DNA of 64,000 nt from positions 1-64,000 of the forward strand of contig JAAILG010001185.1 in the NCBI GenBank assembly GCA_012026655.1, written 5' to 3'. This document shows, in pieces, positions 49,115 to 64,000 of this stretch. Under the pieces are notes generated by a model, which saw only the letters and a program-made list of their open reading frames with translations, searched no databases and was not told the origin of the DNA. Position 1 is the stretch's first letter; each line of letters begins with the position of its first letter. Source of the stretch: Hydrolagus affinis (Eukaryota). Made by a program: the position numbers and the translations under genes.

Positions 49115-52100
49115 TGTGCTTGGACTCTTGGCAAGGTATGTAAAATAATACGCTTGAATTTGGGTTGTCGTTGTTGCTTCTTTATGAGATCTAATATCAC
49201 AGATTTGCTCAAGTCCAATTACTTACTGTAACAAGTTCAGCTGTAAATTTAAACTGCCGCTGGCCGTCCGAATTTACATTTTAACTATTTACAGATTCTG
49301 TTGAAGAAACTGATATCTGAGATGTCTCGCAACTAATGAGGAAATGTCCATAACATTGAAAGACTAGGTAAAACTATGTTGGAAAGAAACTGTATTTTAA
49401 CAGATAAATGCATTTTCTACCCACTTAAAATCCACATTTTTCTAATGAGTCTAGAAACTTCAATGCAGACTTTTTTTTGTAGTTTCAAAAAAATCGTATT
49501 CTTAGTGGTTGAATAATTCAAGGTGGAGATATGCAATTGCAGATTATGCATCGTAACGAGTACCCTAACACTTGTAAAATATGATAGGCAAAGATTAATA
49601 TATACATGGGAATGAGATGCAAATATCAGGTACATGATTAAATAGAATAAATTGTTAAAAAGTGAGATGGGGACAAAATGAAACTCTTTGGAGATTGAGC
49701 ACTTGCTTCTAATGTAGTGAGAAATCTGCCCACAAAATCTCATAAAGATGCAACAACGACAACCCATGAAAATATCTGCCCACAAAATACACAGTCATTA
49801 CACCTAACAGTACATCCTGTGAAGCGCTCTGAGATGTCCTCACAACTTGAAAGGTTCTATATCAAACAACTATTATTAAAATAAAAACTTTCATTCACAT
49901 TAAACCCTTTTAAATGTAACCAGCAAAGTTTCTAATTTCCCCATAGTTTCAGACAGTTACAGCATTTTATGCAAGTGAGTTTAATTTGATGCAAATAATA
50001 ACTTCCAATATATTTTGGCAAGCCAGTTCAATTGCAATGATTTGCAGAGGTGCCCTATTTATAATCCTTGCATTTAACATAGTATATCATCAAAATCTCC
50101 CAAGGCGCTTCACAGGGTATACTGTAGAGCATGTATTTTGCAGGTGAATGCAGCAGCCAGTTTGATTATAACAAAGTCCCACAAGCAGCCATGAAGTGAA
50201 TGACCAATCTTTATATGGAGGTTTGTTGGCCAGAACTACAATTAGAAGAACTCAGAATAAGTATTCCAGGTGCTATAATCCCAAACTACAGTTCAGCAAC
50301 ACTTGGATTTACATAATGCCTTTCACTTACTGTGCTTTGGAAAGGTGAAAAAGGCTTCAGTTTAGAGGGAGGGGTAAAGGTAGCCAGAAACTTAGTCAAC
50401 GAGACAGATGACGTTTAAGTTGAGATCAATACCATACCAATTTCTGAATTTCAATTCAACCAAATAATAACGTTACCTCCTGGAAAAATAACAACTGCAA
50501 AAACACAACAAGCGACGGACTTTTGAATACAATAAGTGACATGATATATTTCAGAAACATGTTGAAAACAGGGTGGCAACGCCATGAATGCGGCAATTCT
50601 ACCGTGAATAGATTGCAAAAGACTCTCTCCTTCCCCCACAACCCACTCCTCCCAGAGGTCAGCATTCGTGGTCGAATAGTCCATTGATACTTGCACATTT
50701 GACCACTTCATAAAGAACAGCACCTGTGAGATTGCACCCTGGCGATGGTACGAGAGAAGGGTGGAAGAAAATTGATTAAGTAAAATTGGTGGAACTTATA
50801 TGTGAAGTGGTCAAAATTGCATTCTAAAACATTCATAACAAAAACTTAAACATTACTTTGAGCAATCTTAATACAAGATTTCTAATGTTGAAATTAAATC
50901 TTGGGACGTCCTCCTGATATGACAGGCATTATACAACTATAATTTATTGTCATTGCTGAAATGATTTTTTTACAGAAGTGTTTCTTAATGTTTTAAAAGA
51001 AAAGGTAAAGAATGCAAACTTTATCTGTGGAAAAAAAATGCATTTATCGAACAGACTTTCACTATTTTTTTTAAAAGCTAAATCTATTGAATTAGGTCTT
51101 TTTGGAACTCTACATGTGTTAGGAGACAATAATGTAACAACATACACTGAATCACACAACACCATTATGTCCTGTCCCTTAAATTACTATAGCAGCAATC
51201 AAATGACACACAGTATATTCTTTAGACCAATGCATTAACAATAGAAAATAAACTCTCTCATACATTCTTGCATTTTCCAAAGGAAATCTGATTCAAACAT
51301 CTAAACAAAGCCAGGTAAAATAACCAGGAGAAAAATCAAAGGGTGATGCGATTGTTGAATCAAGGAGATTAAATGTTTCACTTATTGCAGGTTTTAGATG
51401 CTCAATCACTGACATGAAAGACGTATTTGTATTCAAATACCTTCCAGGCAGAGAGAGCCTTGTTCAGGTATAGTAGATTTAGGTTACAGCTTTTATGGGG
51501 CAGCTGAGAGATGGGAATCTACCTTTCAGTCTATATGCTCCCAGCAGCGCATGATTTCACCAATCCGCTCTGTCACCAATGGAGTCAAGTTCAGTCATTC
51601 CTTCACATCTTTAGTATGAAAGCGCATCCCAAAATGAGTAAAATACTGATAATATATTTCACAGGGAACCCTTTGTTTAATTTTATGTTCAAAAGGAAAA
51701 CTACACAAGTTTTCAAAATAGTCTGACAAAAAACATGTTCACAGCTCGGAATAAACAAACTTTAACACTTTAAAGTGTCATTTTAATAATCTTGGCAAAC
51801 AATGCCAAAATGTTTTTTTTTTAATCATACATTGGTATTTTGCTAAGACAGGTGTTAATTAAGCAAATATTAAAATTCAAAGCACTATAAGTAACACTAT
51901 CAGCCCTAAATGAAAGTATCCTCATAATACCCTTTAAGGATGTACATCAGAGCTGTTAAAGAAGCTGCATTCCTTGGTCTAAAATTCAATTACTACTTGA
52001 TCCACCATTTCACAGAAGACCATAGGGATGTTTCTGTCAACACAGATACTGTAACACACCACAGGGTATAACTGTCAAGCAGAGTCACAAGCACCGAGCA

Positions 52101-52997
52101 GGATATCACTGTCAACACTAAGGACAAATAGGGCACATAGGAGTTTTTGTGTGGTTTGATGGCAGTGGCAGAAATGCCAGAGAAATTCTGGACCCTGTTC
52201 TAGTTGACATGAGTCCTATTTATACAGCAGAATTCTGACCTACCTGATCCAAATTACTTGAATCCAGCTCAACTCTTCCATCCATTTACACAGGCATGCA
52301 CCAACGCTGACATGAGGAAAATTAGATTCACAATAGCCATGAAGACATGTATAAAGGGCATGATGTCTGATATAGCTGTAACATGCATATCCTGTCATCA
52401 CTTTATGTAGGATGTGGGGTGAGGTGAACATTTTATTCTAGGTTCTCCTGTTTCGAATGGTTAAATCTGAACTTGTTTAACATTGTTGTTAAAACGATAA
52501 AAATCTGAGCCATGTTACATTTTTTGTACATTCATAAAATATCTGTTCACAAAGCTTCTCAGTTATAACTTGACACATTGAAGACCTGCTCTGTGTATTA
52601 CAGGACAAAATGACACCACTCTTCAACTACAGTTAATGAAACCAGCAGATCTTCAATGCACTCTTAATTAATAGCTCTGTTAAGAATCAGGAATTGTGCC
52701 CATCTTTCTCAGTTATATTTGAATTTCCCCATCCTCCTACACAATTGTTTCCTGCTCACACCTCCTCTCACGAAGACATCAGCTCACATTAATGTTTCCG
52801 TAAGCAGTCTTTCTTCATGCAAAAATGTCGATAAGAATAAACAGGGTATCTTACAGCCAAGCTTGACAACATCCCTACCAAGCAAGCACACATGCATGCA
52901 CACCTCCAACAAGGATCACCAGGGATTGACCAGGACAGGGGAATCTTGAGAAAACCTTCCACTCTCTAGACAAGGGCAGGGAGGTCTCAAAACGAAG

Positions 52998-53210
52998 ATG
53001 TCCCAGTGCGTACTTTGTAATGAGATAGGGAACACAACCTCAGAACATCAGCTTCAGGTATACCAATGCAATAGGGCAAGCGGGCAAGGGTTTAGGATTG
53101 TGAAGGGCAAGTTAAGGACATGCGAGAAGCTTTTCTTTACAACGAGGGTAGTCAGCAGTTGGATGAGTTACCAAATAGGGTGATGAAGGCCAGGACCCTG
53201 GACAATTGGT
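52998..53210 (+). mobile_element. CR1 LINE 3' fragment
   Basis: aagggcaagttaaggac...ttctttacaacgagggtagtcagcagttggatgagttacca (FFTTRVVSSW..LP). Confidence 0.7.
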
Positions 53211-54789
53211 GAAAGCATTATGGCAAATCTGAATGACCAGGATACAGCTTCCGGTTAATATAAATCCACACTAGAATGGTAAGACTCAGATCTGAGATGC
53301 CCACGATGCTGTTGAAAAAGGGCCTGTACAACAACAAGAATACATTATTCATGAATCAGTGTTGGTAAAGGGTTGTTGGTTATAAGTTACCAGCAGTAAT
53401 CTCTTGAGATCTCCATTCCGAACCATTGTGGCAACAGTGTGAATTCCCACAAATTGCCAGTGAGTGAATCCCATTAAAAACGGGCCCCAAGTTAAATGGG
53501 AATGTTAAGCTACCTTTCATTCACAATTCAGTCTTCTCTTTGAAAATTCAACATATTTGCGAGATTGTTTTCAATAACACTGGAAATAGAAATAAAAAGT
53601 GGTTGATAAAAGACTAAATTTCCCTTACATTTTGCAAAGAATTTTGTAACTGCACTCTGTGTACATCGCATATGTCTGCCCCATGAACAAGGTAGATAAA
53701 TTCATGTTTAATATGACCGTGAGAATATGAGAAATAAAACAACCTAGTAACTTTGACAGGATGAAAAAAAAGTTAAGCCTTTTCTCTTGTCAATAAGAGC
53801 ACATAATTTGGTGAGAAAGTCCTTTTAAAGTCTGCACCCATTTTAAGTCTGTCTCACAGATACCTGAACTTCCACCATCTGAACCTTGAACCCTTCCACA
53901 GAAACTGGTGATAACATCAGGTCTGACCTTGTCTTCCAATAACTCACATCAAACAAGAAGGATATTTGAACTGTTAACTCAAATGGAGATCTTTATTAAA
54001 ACGGTGTGGTGAAACTCTACCTCACACCAACAATTTGACTGACTCTAGAAAAACTGCCAGAAGAAAACATTTAAGCAATTTTATAGTTTTCACACACGAC
54101 AAAACAGCCCTGGGCTGAAGAAAGCTTAGACTGAATGACTTTCCATCAACAGTTAACAATGATTGGCAATATTTCCAAGCCAGATCAAAATTACCTTGTG
54201 CTTGCTTTAAGGTTATAATGTATTTTATGATCAAAGTGCATACTGGAAGCAAATCAACTTAATAATACATTAAAATAATTCATGCAGTGGTAGTTACATG
54301 GCAAGACCTGAATTGGTGCATATTTTGCTTGTACTGTTACTGAACACTACTAACAACTCTGATCTTACAGACTTCAACACTTGAGAAGGTTTAAAGCCTA
54401 AATTAAAGTAGAACTCTAACGTTATTTGCCACTCCTAAAATAGCATTCAGTAGTGCAAGCAAACTTGTACTGATGATTAGGTAATGGCCAAATATATTGG
54501 AATTGGCAGAAGCAACATGGCTATATGCATATATCTTCATATCATAAATACTGAATTGACTAACTTCTTGTGAACTACTGTGCAATAAAGCTGGTTAGTA
54601 CACTCTGGTTGATGTCACAAGGCAGTAATGCTCTTTTGGAAGCATCATCATGCATCAAGGACATGGAATGTACTGACAGCCAACATTAAAGATAGACCGA
54701 GTTTATTTTTAAAAAGGTGAAATGTATATTTTATTTAAAAAAATAGGAAAATTGAAGGTGCCAACTAATCTCACATTGTTCCAAGTCAC

Positions 54790-54995
54790 CTAAACTTTCC
54801 CCCTCCCTAACTTCCTTTAAGTTCCGCCTCAAGGCCCTCCTCTTCAACTGTGCCATCAGTCACCCACCTCCCCTCCCTTCCCTCCACCCTCCTCAAGCCG
54901 GAACCCAGCTCAAGTCTGAAACACTGACTATCCAGCGCCTTGGGATGTCCTCTGAACATGAAAGGCACTGTACAAATGTAATTTTGTTGTTGTTA
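54790..54995 (+). mobile_element. L2 LINE 3' end
   Basis: tcctttaagttccgcctcaaggccctcctcttc...cagcgccttgggatgtcc...gtaattttgttgttgtt. Confidence 0.85.
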
Positions 54996-55559
54996 TGTCA
55001 TCTTAACCCTATGCTTAGCCTTTTTACTGATTCTGTTACCATCTGTGTAATATTTAATGCAATAAACACTTGCGGTGTGATATATTTAAATTGATCTGAA
55101 ACATTCGATGCTCCTTATTTCTTAAACGAGGTGCACCCTTTGACAGGATTAAAGTTTAATCACTGATCCACACAAACAAAATTGACTAATTTTGAAAATC
55201 AGAGAATCCTTACTATCTTTTATTTCAAGAAGCAAAGAAGTCTCCTATTAAACACAGATGGAACTGTACTTAATTGTACTCGTCAGCCCTTGAACCACCA
55301 GTTAAAGCTCATCCACTAAAGGAAAAAAACTGAAGTCGTTCCAATCAGTTTTCAATTTCAACGAAATTCACAAATTATTTTAGAACAGCGTATGACTGGA
55401 AAAGACAGCAGGAAACTCCAGCCCAAATCCGAGCACAATATGTAGATTTGTTCACAGGAGATTTTTGTATCTCAGATATTTAGTGAACAATTGAACCTGT
55501 TTTGAGTTAAGGTTTTAAAAGATACATTTCTCAAATTTCCTCGATGAAATCAGTGCTTG

Positions 55560-55613
55560 AATATATATATATAATATATATATATATATTATATATAATA
55601 TATATATATATAT
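55560..55613. repeat. (TA)n microsatellite
   Basis: Direct observation. Confidence 0.9.
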
Positions 55614-58600
55614 CTGTGCTCCAGCTTTGAGACTTTACATGTCAATTTCAAAAGGTGTATTTTTTTTCCCTCTCTCTTCGGTTTAGTTTAAGCGCATGAG
55701 TAGATGTGCTTATTAATTGGAAATGCAAATCTTCTGAGTTTTCACTTGTGGGATGTCAGCCTGTCTTCTGATTTAAGCATTGATCTTATTCACCTTGAGT
55801 TTCACAGACTGATTTTAACAGACTTATATTCCAGTTTTTAATACTGATAAGAAGGCTTTACTGTCTGTCATAATGATGATTTGGTGTTGTTGCTGCTCAA
55901 TGCTCAATGTGCATACAATTTAAGAGAGACAAAGAAACAATTAGAGGCTCCATTACAACATATATTTAAAAAATTATATAATGAATGTGATCAAAGGACT
56001 TATTGAAAAACAAAAAGCCACTATGGTATTAACTACAGTATAATATTTAGGTTAAATACAATGGTTCACTGGTGTAGAACTTCAAACCATTTAACCTGCA
56101 GCCAGGTAAGAGCATGTAAGGAACTGCACAATTCATCGGTTTTCTTCAATCAATTTATGATGCTTCTTGACTTTTAGTTGTTGTGAATCTGTAGCCGAAC
56201 TGTAAAAGGATTACAATATACCCAAACAGCTAAAACCACCAAACATCCTGAATTAAAAAGATATAGGTTAACTACATTTTACCTACCAACAAGACTTCTA
56301 TTTGATACAGCACCTTTCACACTGGGAGAACGCCTGAAAGAATTTCACGGGATTTAGTGAAACGTACAGTGACTGTGTGTTTTGCAGGCGGACATGGCAT
56401 CCAATATATGTACAACAGTGTTGCACAAACAGCCATGAAGTGCACAACCAACTTGACTGGGAGAAGAAGTTAATTACTAGCTTTGTGAAGAAATACATCC
56501 TGGTTTCGGAACAAGTGCCCTTCACAACCTTGTTGAGCCTGTGCTCTCTTGGCCTACCCTGGGTTACCTGTATGGTTTATCCAATTTAGCCTCCTGTATG
56601 CTTTAATAGTTCTGAGGGTGAAGAGCTACAGCTGATCTAATCATTCATCATAACTCATCCATCTAACATTGGAGATCTGCCTCCTCCCACATTTATTTAT
56701 CAGCAGTAAGATCCGGCAGCAACTTTTTGGACAAAGAAAAGCCTTCAGTTAATAACACAACCAAATATTTAAAACTTTAAATGTGGAACGTTCCACTCAA
56801 TTCTCTGCTTTTAATGTTTAATCTCAGACCAAGTTTGAACACTGCACTTTGCCTTTCACGCATGATTACAGCAATGTCAGTAGGTGAAGAGCTCAGTTTC
56901 AAATGACTTTCTACTAGAATTCATATCAAACCCAACACCAATACAGAAGGTGCAGCCACATGGAGATGGTTAGTAAAGAATGCAGCTAAGCTCTGAAAAC
57001 AAATGTTGTGAAATTGTTTTCACTAAGTCTGATCTTAACAGGAATCTAACACAAAACTGAACAACATGCAGGCGGTGTGTGTATATAGTGTGTATATAGT
57101 GTATAATTGGTAAACACTGGCAACATATACTAGAAGGTGTTTAAATGACTATCACAGTTTTTCCATCACTGTTTATTCAAATGCAAGGAAGGTTCAGAAT
57201 GAATGAAAGATAACATTTGCAATAATGATTACATTCCAGTCACATCCTTATGTTAAAGAAATACTCGCAGCAATACTTTCTGATAGCTTCCACCCACCAC
57301 TAGTGAGACTAGACCACAATGCATCCCACGAAAGTAAATCATTTTGTAATGCAGAAACCTGAATAAATGCTTCTGTTTGGGGATACAAAATCAGGGGGCG
57401 TCACAGTCCACAGACAAACACCTTAACAACAGGAGCCAGTGCACTGCTTTGTGTATTCGTATGCCTGCACATCAAAAGGTGGTGCCTCAAACAGTCTGCG
57501 TTTATTTTGACACGGATTTGCAGAGGTGAATGAGAATCAAGCATCCGAAACAGACACTAAAGAAGCACTCTCTCCTCTATAAATTCAATAATGCCTTTGG
57601 GAGCAGGGATTACCTAAAGTGAGGATGCAGACAGATAGTTTTTATTGCAGTTTGTGGAGTCTCCAGTGACCACATCTGATTGGGTAAAGCTAAATACAAA
57701 TCAGAACTAACCTTTGAAGTTGTGTCTGGGGATGAAGTACAGGACAACATTAACTCTTTAAGAAATGAATAGTCTTTGTATCCTATAATCATATTTTACA
57801 CCACTAAACATCACGCTGCACAGTGTTTGACCACAATGAAAAGATTGTTCCAATGGAACGAGTACACATGGTCACAGGTTTGGAGAATGGAACCCAAAAA
57901 ACAATTCATATCACCAATCTTAAATTTCAAAATTATTTTATTTCAACTAGGGATTGAAAAGATTCATTTCCTATTTCTGCTGGGCACGGCAGCAGTCAAT
58001 AATAAAATGGCAATATTAAAATTAGTAAGGCTATGGTAAAACCTTACAAGGCTAAAGATTTCAATGAATCATCATATCTAGGTTTACTGCTAAATACACT
58101 GCTATAGAAAAATGCCAGGAAACAAAAATCTCATTATCCACTACACCAGACAGTATATTTTTATAGGAGGCATCAATGTCCTTTACAAAGAATTTGATTC
58201 ATTTCATAGAATTTTATCTGATATTATCAGATATTAATCTTTCAGGATATAGTTAAGATTCTGATTTGGATATTTTTCTGAGATTGTTTTATGGAGGGAT
58301 TTGAACTAATGCTCCCTCGACAGTCCATAAGATTACTCGGTGATTATAGGCAACTCAATATTGTATGACAGCATTTCCATGCGAGGGACTTACAATCATG
58401 TTTCATTAATTCAGCTTGAATGAAGCCTCATTTCGAGCCTCAAAGAGCTTAAGATTTATGTGAAATTAATAACATAACAGATGTCTTCACAATTTGGTTC
58501 CTCTGAAAAAACTGATTACCTGAAAAACTTCAATACATTCAAATGCAGACTGAGGGAAGCTTTACTCTGGGGTAAAATGTTATTCATTTAAATCATTCAT

Positions 58601-59884
58601 ATCGGAGGACTAAGTGGAATTTAAATGTCAGATTTATTTTAAACAGTGGTATTCTACATTGTTACATGTAATAAACAGGAGCCTGTTACTTTCATATTAA
58701 TAAGCCACATTTGATTATTGAACTATGATTTATGGAGTTAAAAATCTGTAACTTTGATGGGCCTTAGGAATAACAAAGGCACAAGGGACTCGGGAAAATA
58801 TTCAGGAAGCCCTGTTCTTTTTGCTTTGTTTCTGATAATGTAATCATCATTTCCTCACAGGAGAACAAAATGCATCTGTGCTCACAAGAAATTCACCACC
58901 ATATGAAAGATGTGATGTCTCCTGTGCGCACACACACACACACGCCTGAGGACAACCAATGCTTTTTTAATTATTATATATTATTATTATTATTATTACA
59001 CACACCACAGAATAGTTTTGAGTGCTGACTTGCTGCAAAAATTTGATTCCTTTATCTAGTCTTCAGGAACACTAGCTACCTTACAAGCTGCATTTTAACG
59101 CATGCCTGAGCAGGATTTTATCTATGGGAAAAAGTTGTCTGAGGGATTACTTTGGTGAACGAAAAAGTAATTGAAAGTAAAATTATCTCTTGGCTTGCTA
59201 TTCGATCCAATATGTTGAAGGGAAGTCAGAACAAAACAGCTCTGATGCAAACACTTGACTACAGCAGATAAGACAGCAACTGTGATGCTTATGAATGCAA
59301 ATTAATCACATTAATGCCAGGAAATTGATAAAATGTGCAGCATTACAAGTGCTTCAGTCTTGAAATATTCACAACAATTAGCTTTTTGATTGCTCCGGAC
59401 ATGGTTCACTCAACAGCTTAAAAACGTTTAATCCCATCTTTTCTGATGTTGGTCCATTTACTTTCACAAGTACTAATTTACTGAAAATGTAGAGGAACTG
59501 TCCAAACTATGGAGTTCAAAGATAAAGAGGAGCACAATTCCACTAATGGCCACATTAAATTCAGAATGTCAGCAGCATCAACTTTACATTGTCGAAACAT
59601 ACACACTGTGTAACATTAGACTGACATTCCCAGGAATTTTCGTTTATTTGACCTGGTTTTTCCCAGAATGAGGGTTTTCTGTGCCTTGCAGATCCAACAC
59701 AGCCTTGCGTCAGAAGAGATCTGACAACATGGCAGACAAACAAAAGAATAGCAGAAAAATCTCAAATCAAAACTGGTCTGGAGTCAGACTTGTGGCCAGG
59801 GCAAGAAATGAATAGATGGTTACTAAACTTTTCACTCCGTCCTAAAAGTTCACAGGAGATTATCAATAAAAAAAAACGGTTACT

Positions 59885-60210
59885 GGGGTGTGTGCTGTGT
59901 TGTTGGAGGTGCTGTCCTTTGAATGAGATGTGAAATCGAAAACGCAATGTCGTACTGAGGTGGATGATTAAGGTCCCATGGTACTATTCGAAAAGTGAAG
60001 GGAGTTTCTCCTGGTGCATGGCCAGCAATCCTCCTGACAAAATTGATTTCATTCACTGGTTTGTGAAACAGTGATTTTATGCAATTTTTCCTGCAGTTTT
60101 CGCCTCCAAAATGCCATGTCACTACTTTACAGTCTCTCCTGTGAAGCGCTTTGAGATATATATGCTCCCGATTCGAAAAACGCTACATCAAATAAAAGGA
60201 TTATAATTTA
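59885..60210 (+). mobile_element. Deu-domain SINE (body and tail)
   Basis: ggaggtgctgtcctttgaatgagatg...cccatggtactattcgaa...tgtgaagcgctttgaga...cgctacatcaaataaaaggattat. Confidence 0.75.
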
Positions 60211-60799
60211 TATAAACGTCAAATAAATATTTGAATTCATCATGTTCATTCATCTTGAAATGAGAAGAGGGTCAGACAAGGAATCCTCAGAAGGTAGATT
60301 GCTCACCGACCTTCTGTTGAAACGACAGCTAAAAAAAAATCCCAAATCCTCTGTGTGCGATAACATAGGCTGAATGCCCGAAGTCACTACAATTAGTAGC
60401 ATTTTTCGCCCAAGACATTCCACCAATGCTTCAGAGAGATGAATTTGTGGCTAACAATTATGTGAAGCAAAGGGAATGCATATTAACTGTACACCACGTG
60501 ATTGGAGTGAATAAGGCTAACATGGCTGAAAGCTGACAGATTCGAAAGCACAAAAATAAATCAAACAGGGTGACTGAGGGGATCATTTGACGGGGAAAAG
60601 ATGTCAACAGATTCTCATCATAAACACGTTATAGTATCAAGAGGGAGGGAAATAACACTTTATAAGGAGGATACATTATGAATGAGAACTGGGTATTTGA
60701 ACAGTACAGTTTATACTGATTGTGCATAGAATTATCCAACTGCAAGCGACATTGCGTTAAATAAAAAAAGTGGTCACTCAACCCACAATGTTTGCAGGT

Positions 60800-62100
60800 C
60801 ACCGCTGTGTGTGAAATTGATGCCGCATTTCACCCATAAAATATACAGTCAATTCACTTTACAGTATATTCTGCGAAGTGCTTTGTGACGTCTTGAAGAT
60901 GATAAACCAATAGTTCACATGCAAAGATTATTATTATTTTTAATTTACATGGCAACCACTAAAAAAGCCTTTGTATAGTGTGGTCTGCTTTCCTGTAAGG
61001 GAATTTTTTTCCACTTATAATAGATTAAGCCGTCTATAGAAATATAACATGTAATGCAAATTAAATAGTTTAACAACCAGAAATCACCCTCTTGAACTTT
61101 GTTAATGAGTGTGACTTCCTCTCCAGTGGCAGTAAATGTAGTAAACGAGCATGCAACGCCACACAAACATGACGCGTGTTTCACTGAGATACATCTTCAT
61201 CAATTAGCAAAACAATTTACTCAAAAAAAATGAAATGATGCTCTCAGACAGCCACGTATTTAAACCTAGGCGGCATCAACAGACTTGTGTTAAAAATAAC
61301 ATCTGTAGTTAAGGTTTCCAAAATCAAGAGTGATGGAAATATGGCCCATAATGGACAAAGCTGAAGCAATGTTAATGCAGAATTATGAAATATTGCTGAA
61401 ATTGATCATTTCTCAATTAGGTGAAGCAAGAGGGGCTATATCTACTGAGTCTTTGTACTCTGAACATTGTATTATTCACTTCAACATATACAATACTAAA
61501 AAATGCCCAACTATACAGATGTTTCATAATAATAATCCTTGCATTCGATATAGCGCTTTTCACATCTTCTAGACATGTCAAACGCTTCACAGAATATACT
61601 TAATGTGAATTGACTGCATATTTGTGGGCAAAACACAGCAGCCAATTGCACACAGCATTATTTCATATTCAGCAAAATAAAATTGTTCTGTGTGCACACA
61701 ACCCTTCATCTTAAACGTAAAGCAGGTTCAAAAACAGACTCAAATATAACGCACATATTGAGTTTGTTAATTAGAAACAGAATTGGTTTGATGGCCATTT
61801 GGTCACTTCAGTATATGCTGAACTATTACAAAAGGCTTTTAATTTAATAACTTGCCGCAATCCCATGTTAATAGGTTACCATTAAAGTCACAACACTGAA
61901 AAGAGAACGGAGATTCTCACAGTGTACTATTCCCTCTTTAAATAAAGTTGATCATTCACTTCATGTATGTTTATGGGACATTGATGTGTACAAATTGGCT
62001 GCCACTTCTGCCTACAAAATATGCCATTACTGCACTACAGTGAAATCCTGTGAAACACTTTGAGATGGCCGACTAACACGAAACGTAAGGATTATTATTT
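60800..62100. mobile_element. Cluster of three SINE 3' fragments (60800-60940 +, 61526-61660 -, 61950-62100 +)
   Basis: Each has the Deu 3' motif (aaattg[g/a]..gcc) and the acagtcaattcactttacag/ggattattatt-type tail. Confidence 0.75.
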
Positions 62101-64000
62101 TTAAATTATTCCAGTCAGGATGAACCCTTATAGTTACTGTTAAATTGTCTCTTGTTTGCAGAATTCCTTTTGCTCCCCATTTGACAGAAGCTTATCCACT
62201 CGCTCCCAATTCACAATCCCAGCTTCACTTGCTCTAGGTTTTAAACTAAAAGGTTTTAAAGCCACACATTAAAACAAACATCATAAAAAAATATCACCGG
62301 TCAGAGAGAGACGGGGCTAAACTTTATGGCAAATACAGTTTTATTAAACCCAAAAGACCTGTTGGTACTCGCCTTTATTATCTGGCAGCGCCTACGTAGT
62401 ACCCCAAAAGAGAGAGACTAATCCATTTTATCTGCTGTGAACTGCCAAGAAAATATAATCAATTTGCCTCAAATCAGTGCTCCCAGGGGTGAGAAGGTAG
62501 GGGGTGGAGGCCAAGCCATAGTTGTATCTAACACAATGCAATATTTTACAGCAGTGCAGTGTGAAAACTGGAGAAGAGTAGCAGACTCGATGCCAGCTAC
62601 ACAGCTGTGTATGTTAACTGAAAGCTCCAGAGTACTAAATTAAGTTAGAAACTATCAGACAAATGAGAGGGTCAGCAAAAGAGTGCATTAGTGCTCTCAT
62701 CTATAAAACAAGCCTGACAGGTCCTAGTACAGGAAGTTAATTATGGCATCTTGCAAAGTGTTATTATAAATGACTGAACCAATGTTAGCTAATCTTTCAC
62801 CATTGTCCTGGCACGGAGTTAAGTCAATTGGTGGAGGAAACTGCGGCTCAACCTTCAGAGTTATCATAAAATTGTATAATACTTGATGGATAAATCTTAA
62901 GCCACACTAAATTGGTTACTTACCCATCCATATTTTTAAATAAACACAGAAAAGCTTCAAGCTACACAGGGATCGGATTTCCATGTAATACATTACAAAC
63001 GGTAATGAAGATGGGTCAGGCAATTTGGCAGTTAAATAACAAAAAGTCCAATATTCCAAAGGTTTTGTGTTGGAAAAACAAACTGTAAAGCTGCCACTAT
63101 CTTAACAACAAAATTATCTTAACTGCTTTGTAATGGATGACTGTCAGTTTAATCACAGATTTCCGTGCTTTTGAAAAGCTTTTTTTAAACATGCAAGTTT
63201 ATTCGTAGATTCTTTGAATACCAAAAAAAAGAGGAACGAGCTGATTTTCAAGTCACAGGCCCATCAGCCTGCAAAGAAAGAATAATTGTCAATGAACGCT
63301 TTTTAAAATCGGGCCTGCGGCGTTGCATCTCAAAACCATTCATTTATCTGACTAAACTTGGTGGAAAAATACAACTGCACAGGTGGAATAGTGCAGTGTT
63401 AACAGCAGACGGTTTGTACAGATAAGCTTCAGGAACACACACCCAGCCTCCAAAAATAAGGCAAAAAGATTTCATCAATTTATCTCATTATCTGAATCAA
63501 ACAATCGAAGGAGTTTTGACAGAAAAGTGCGGAAATTGCAGAACTGCACGCATTCTTTCTCTCCAATATTCTGTTTTTTCAGGGACCATGAAAGTTTGAG
63601 GGCATGAACTCACAGCAGCACAATTGGACAGTTATTTAGAACTGTGCTTAGCAATATAAATTCTGGGACTTCGCTAAAGGTACCCATCATAGCGAACACA
63701 CCTCATTTACAGATCATGCCGCAGTGAGCCTCAAGTTGTGCTCCTTGTAGACAGGTTTGCCCCAATACCTGACTTGCTACCAAGTGCATCTCCAAACATC
63801 CCATTTTCCATCAGCAGCCACTTCATTCTCACTGTCTCCGCTGGTACCACCTTCCCGGAGGCAGATGGTCTTTGCCAAACGTGATTCCCAATGGGAGCAA
63901 GCATCTCTGCCTATGGAAACCAACATTGGCAGACGCCTTCCTTCCTAATACACCGCTCAAAATGATCCCGCTCTGGAACAAGTGTAGGCTATAGGTGAGA

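Noticed and set aside
62900-64000. Start of MMP2, the expected syntenic neighbour of Irx6
   Set aside because: No signal peptide or propeptide (PRCGNPD) sequence found in the window
1-64000. CRISPR arrays or prokaryotic operons
   Set aside because: No regularly spaced repeat-spacer arrays; the recurring motifs are dispersed SINE/L2 tails in eukaryotic DNA

Overview
Vertebrate genomic DNA, most likely a cartilaginous fish (inferred from the repeat complement: many L2 and CR1 LINE 3' fragments, Deu-domain tRNA-SINEs with L2-like tails, small MITEs; one 100-N gap). The window opens in the last coding exon of an Iroquois homeobox gene that I read as Irx6 (C-terminus ...KVRTAFRPVLKR*), followed by a 3'UTR intron, a 3'UTR exon with AATAAA, and a CpG-rich flank to about 5.5 kb. 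The rest is a repeat-studded gene desert with candidate conserved non-coding elements and no other intact gene. The main finding lies at about 6.0-15.5 kb: a heavily decayed, intronless, stop- and frameshift-riddled fossil of a segmented negative-strand RNA virus (bunyaviral, hantavirus/peribunyavirus-like) L polymerase. Motifs F, A, B and C (SSDD) appear in the right order, with plausible spacing and further downstream landmarks. The N-terminal parts of L appear to lie downstream of the C-terminal half, one piece inverted. All protein comparisons were made by eye against remembered sequences and need tBLASTn/HMM confirmation.
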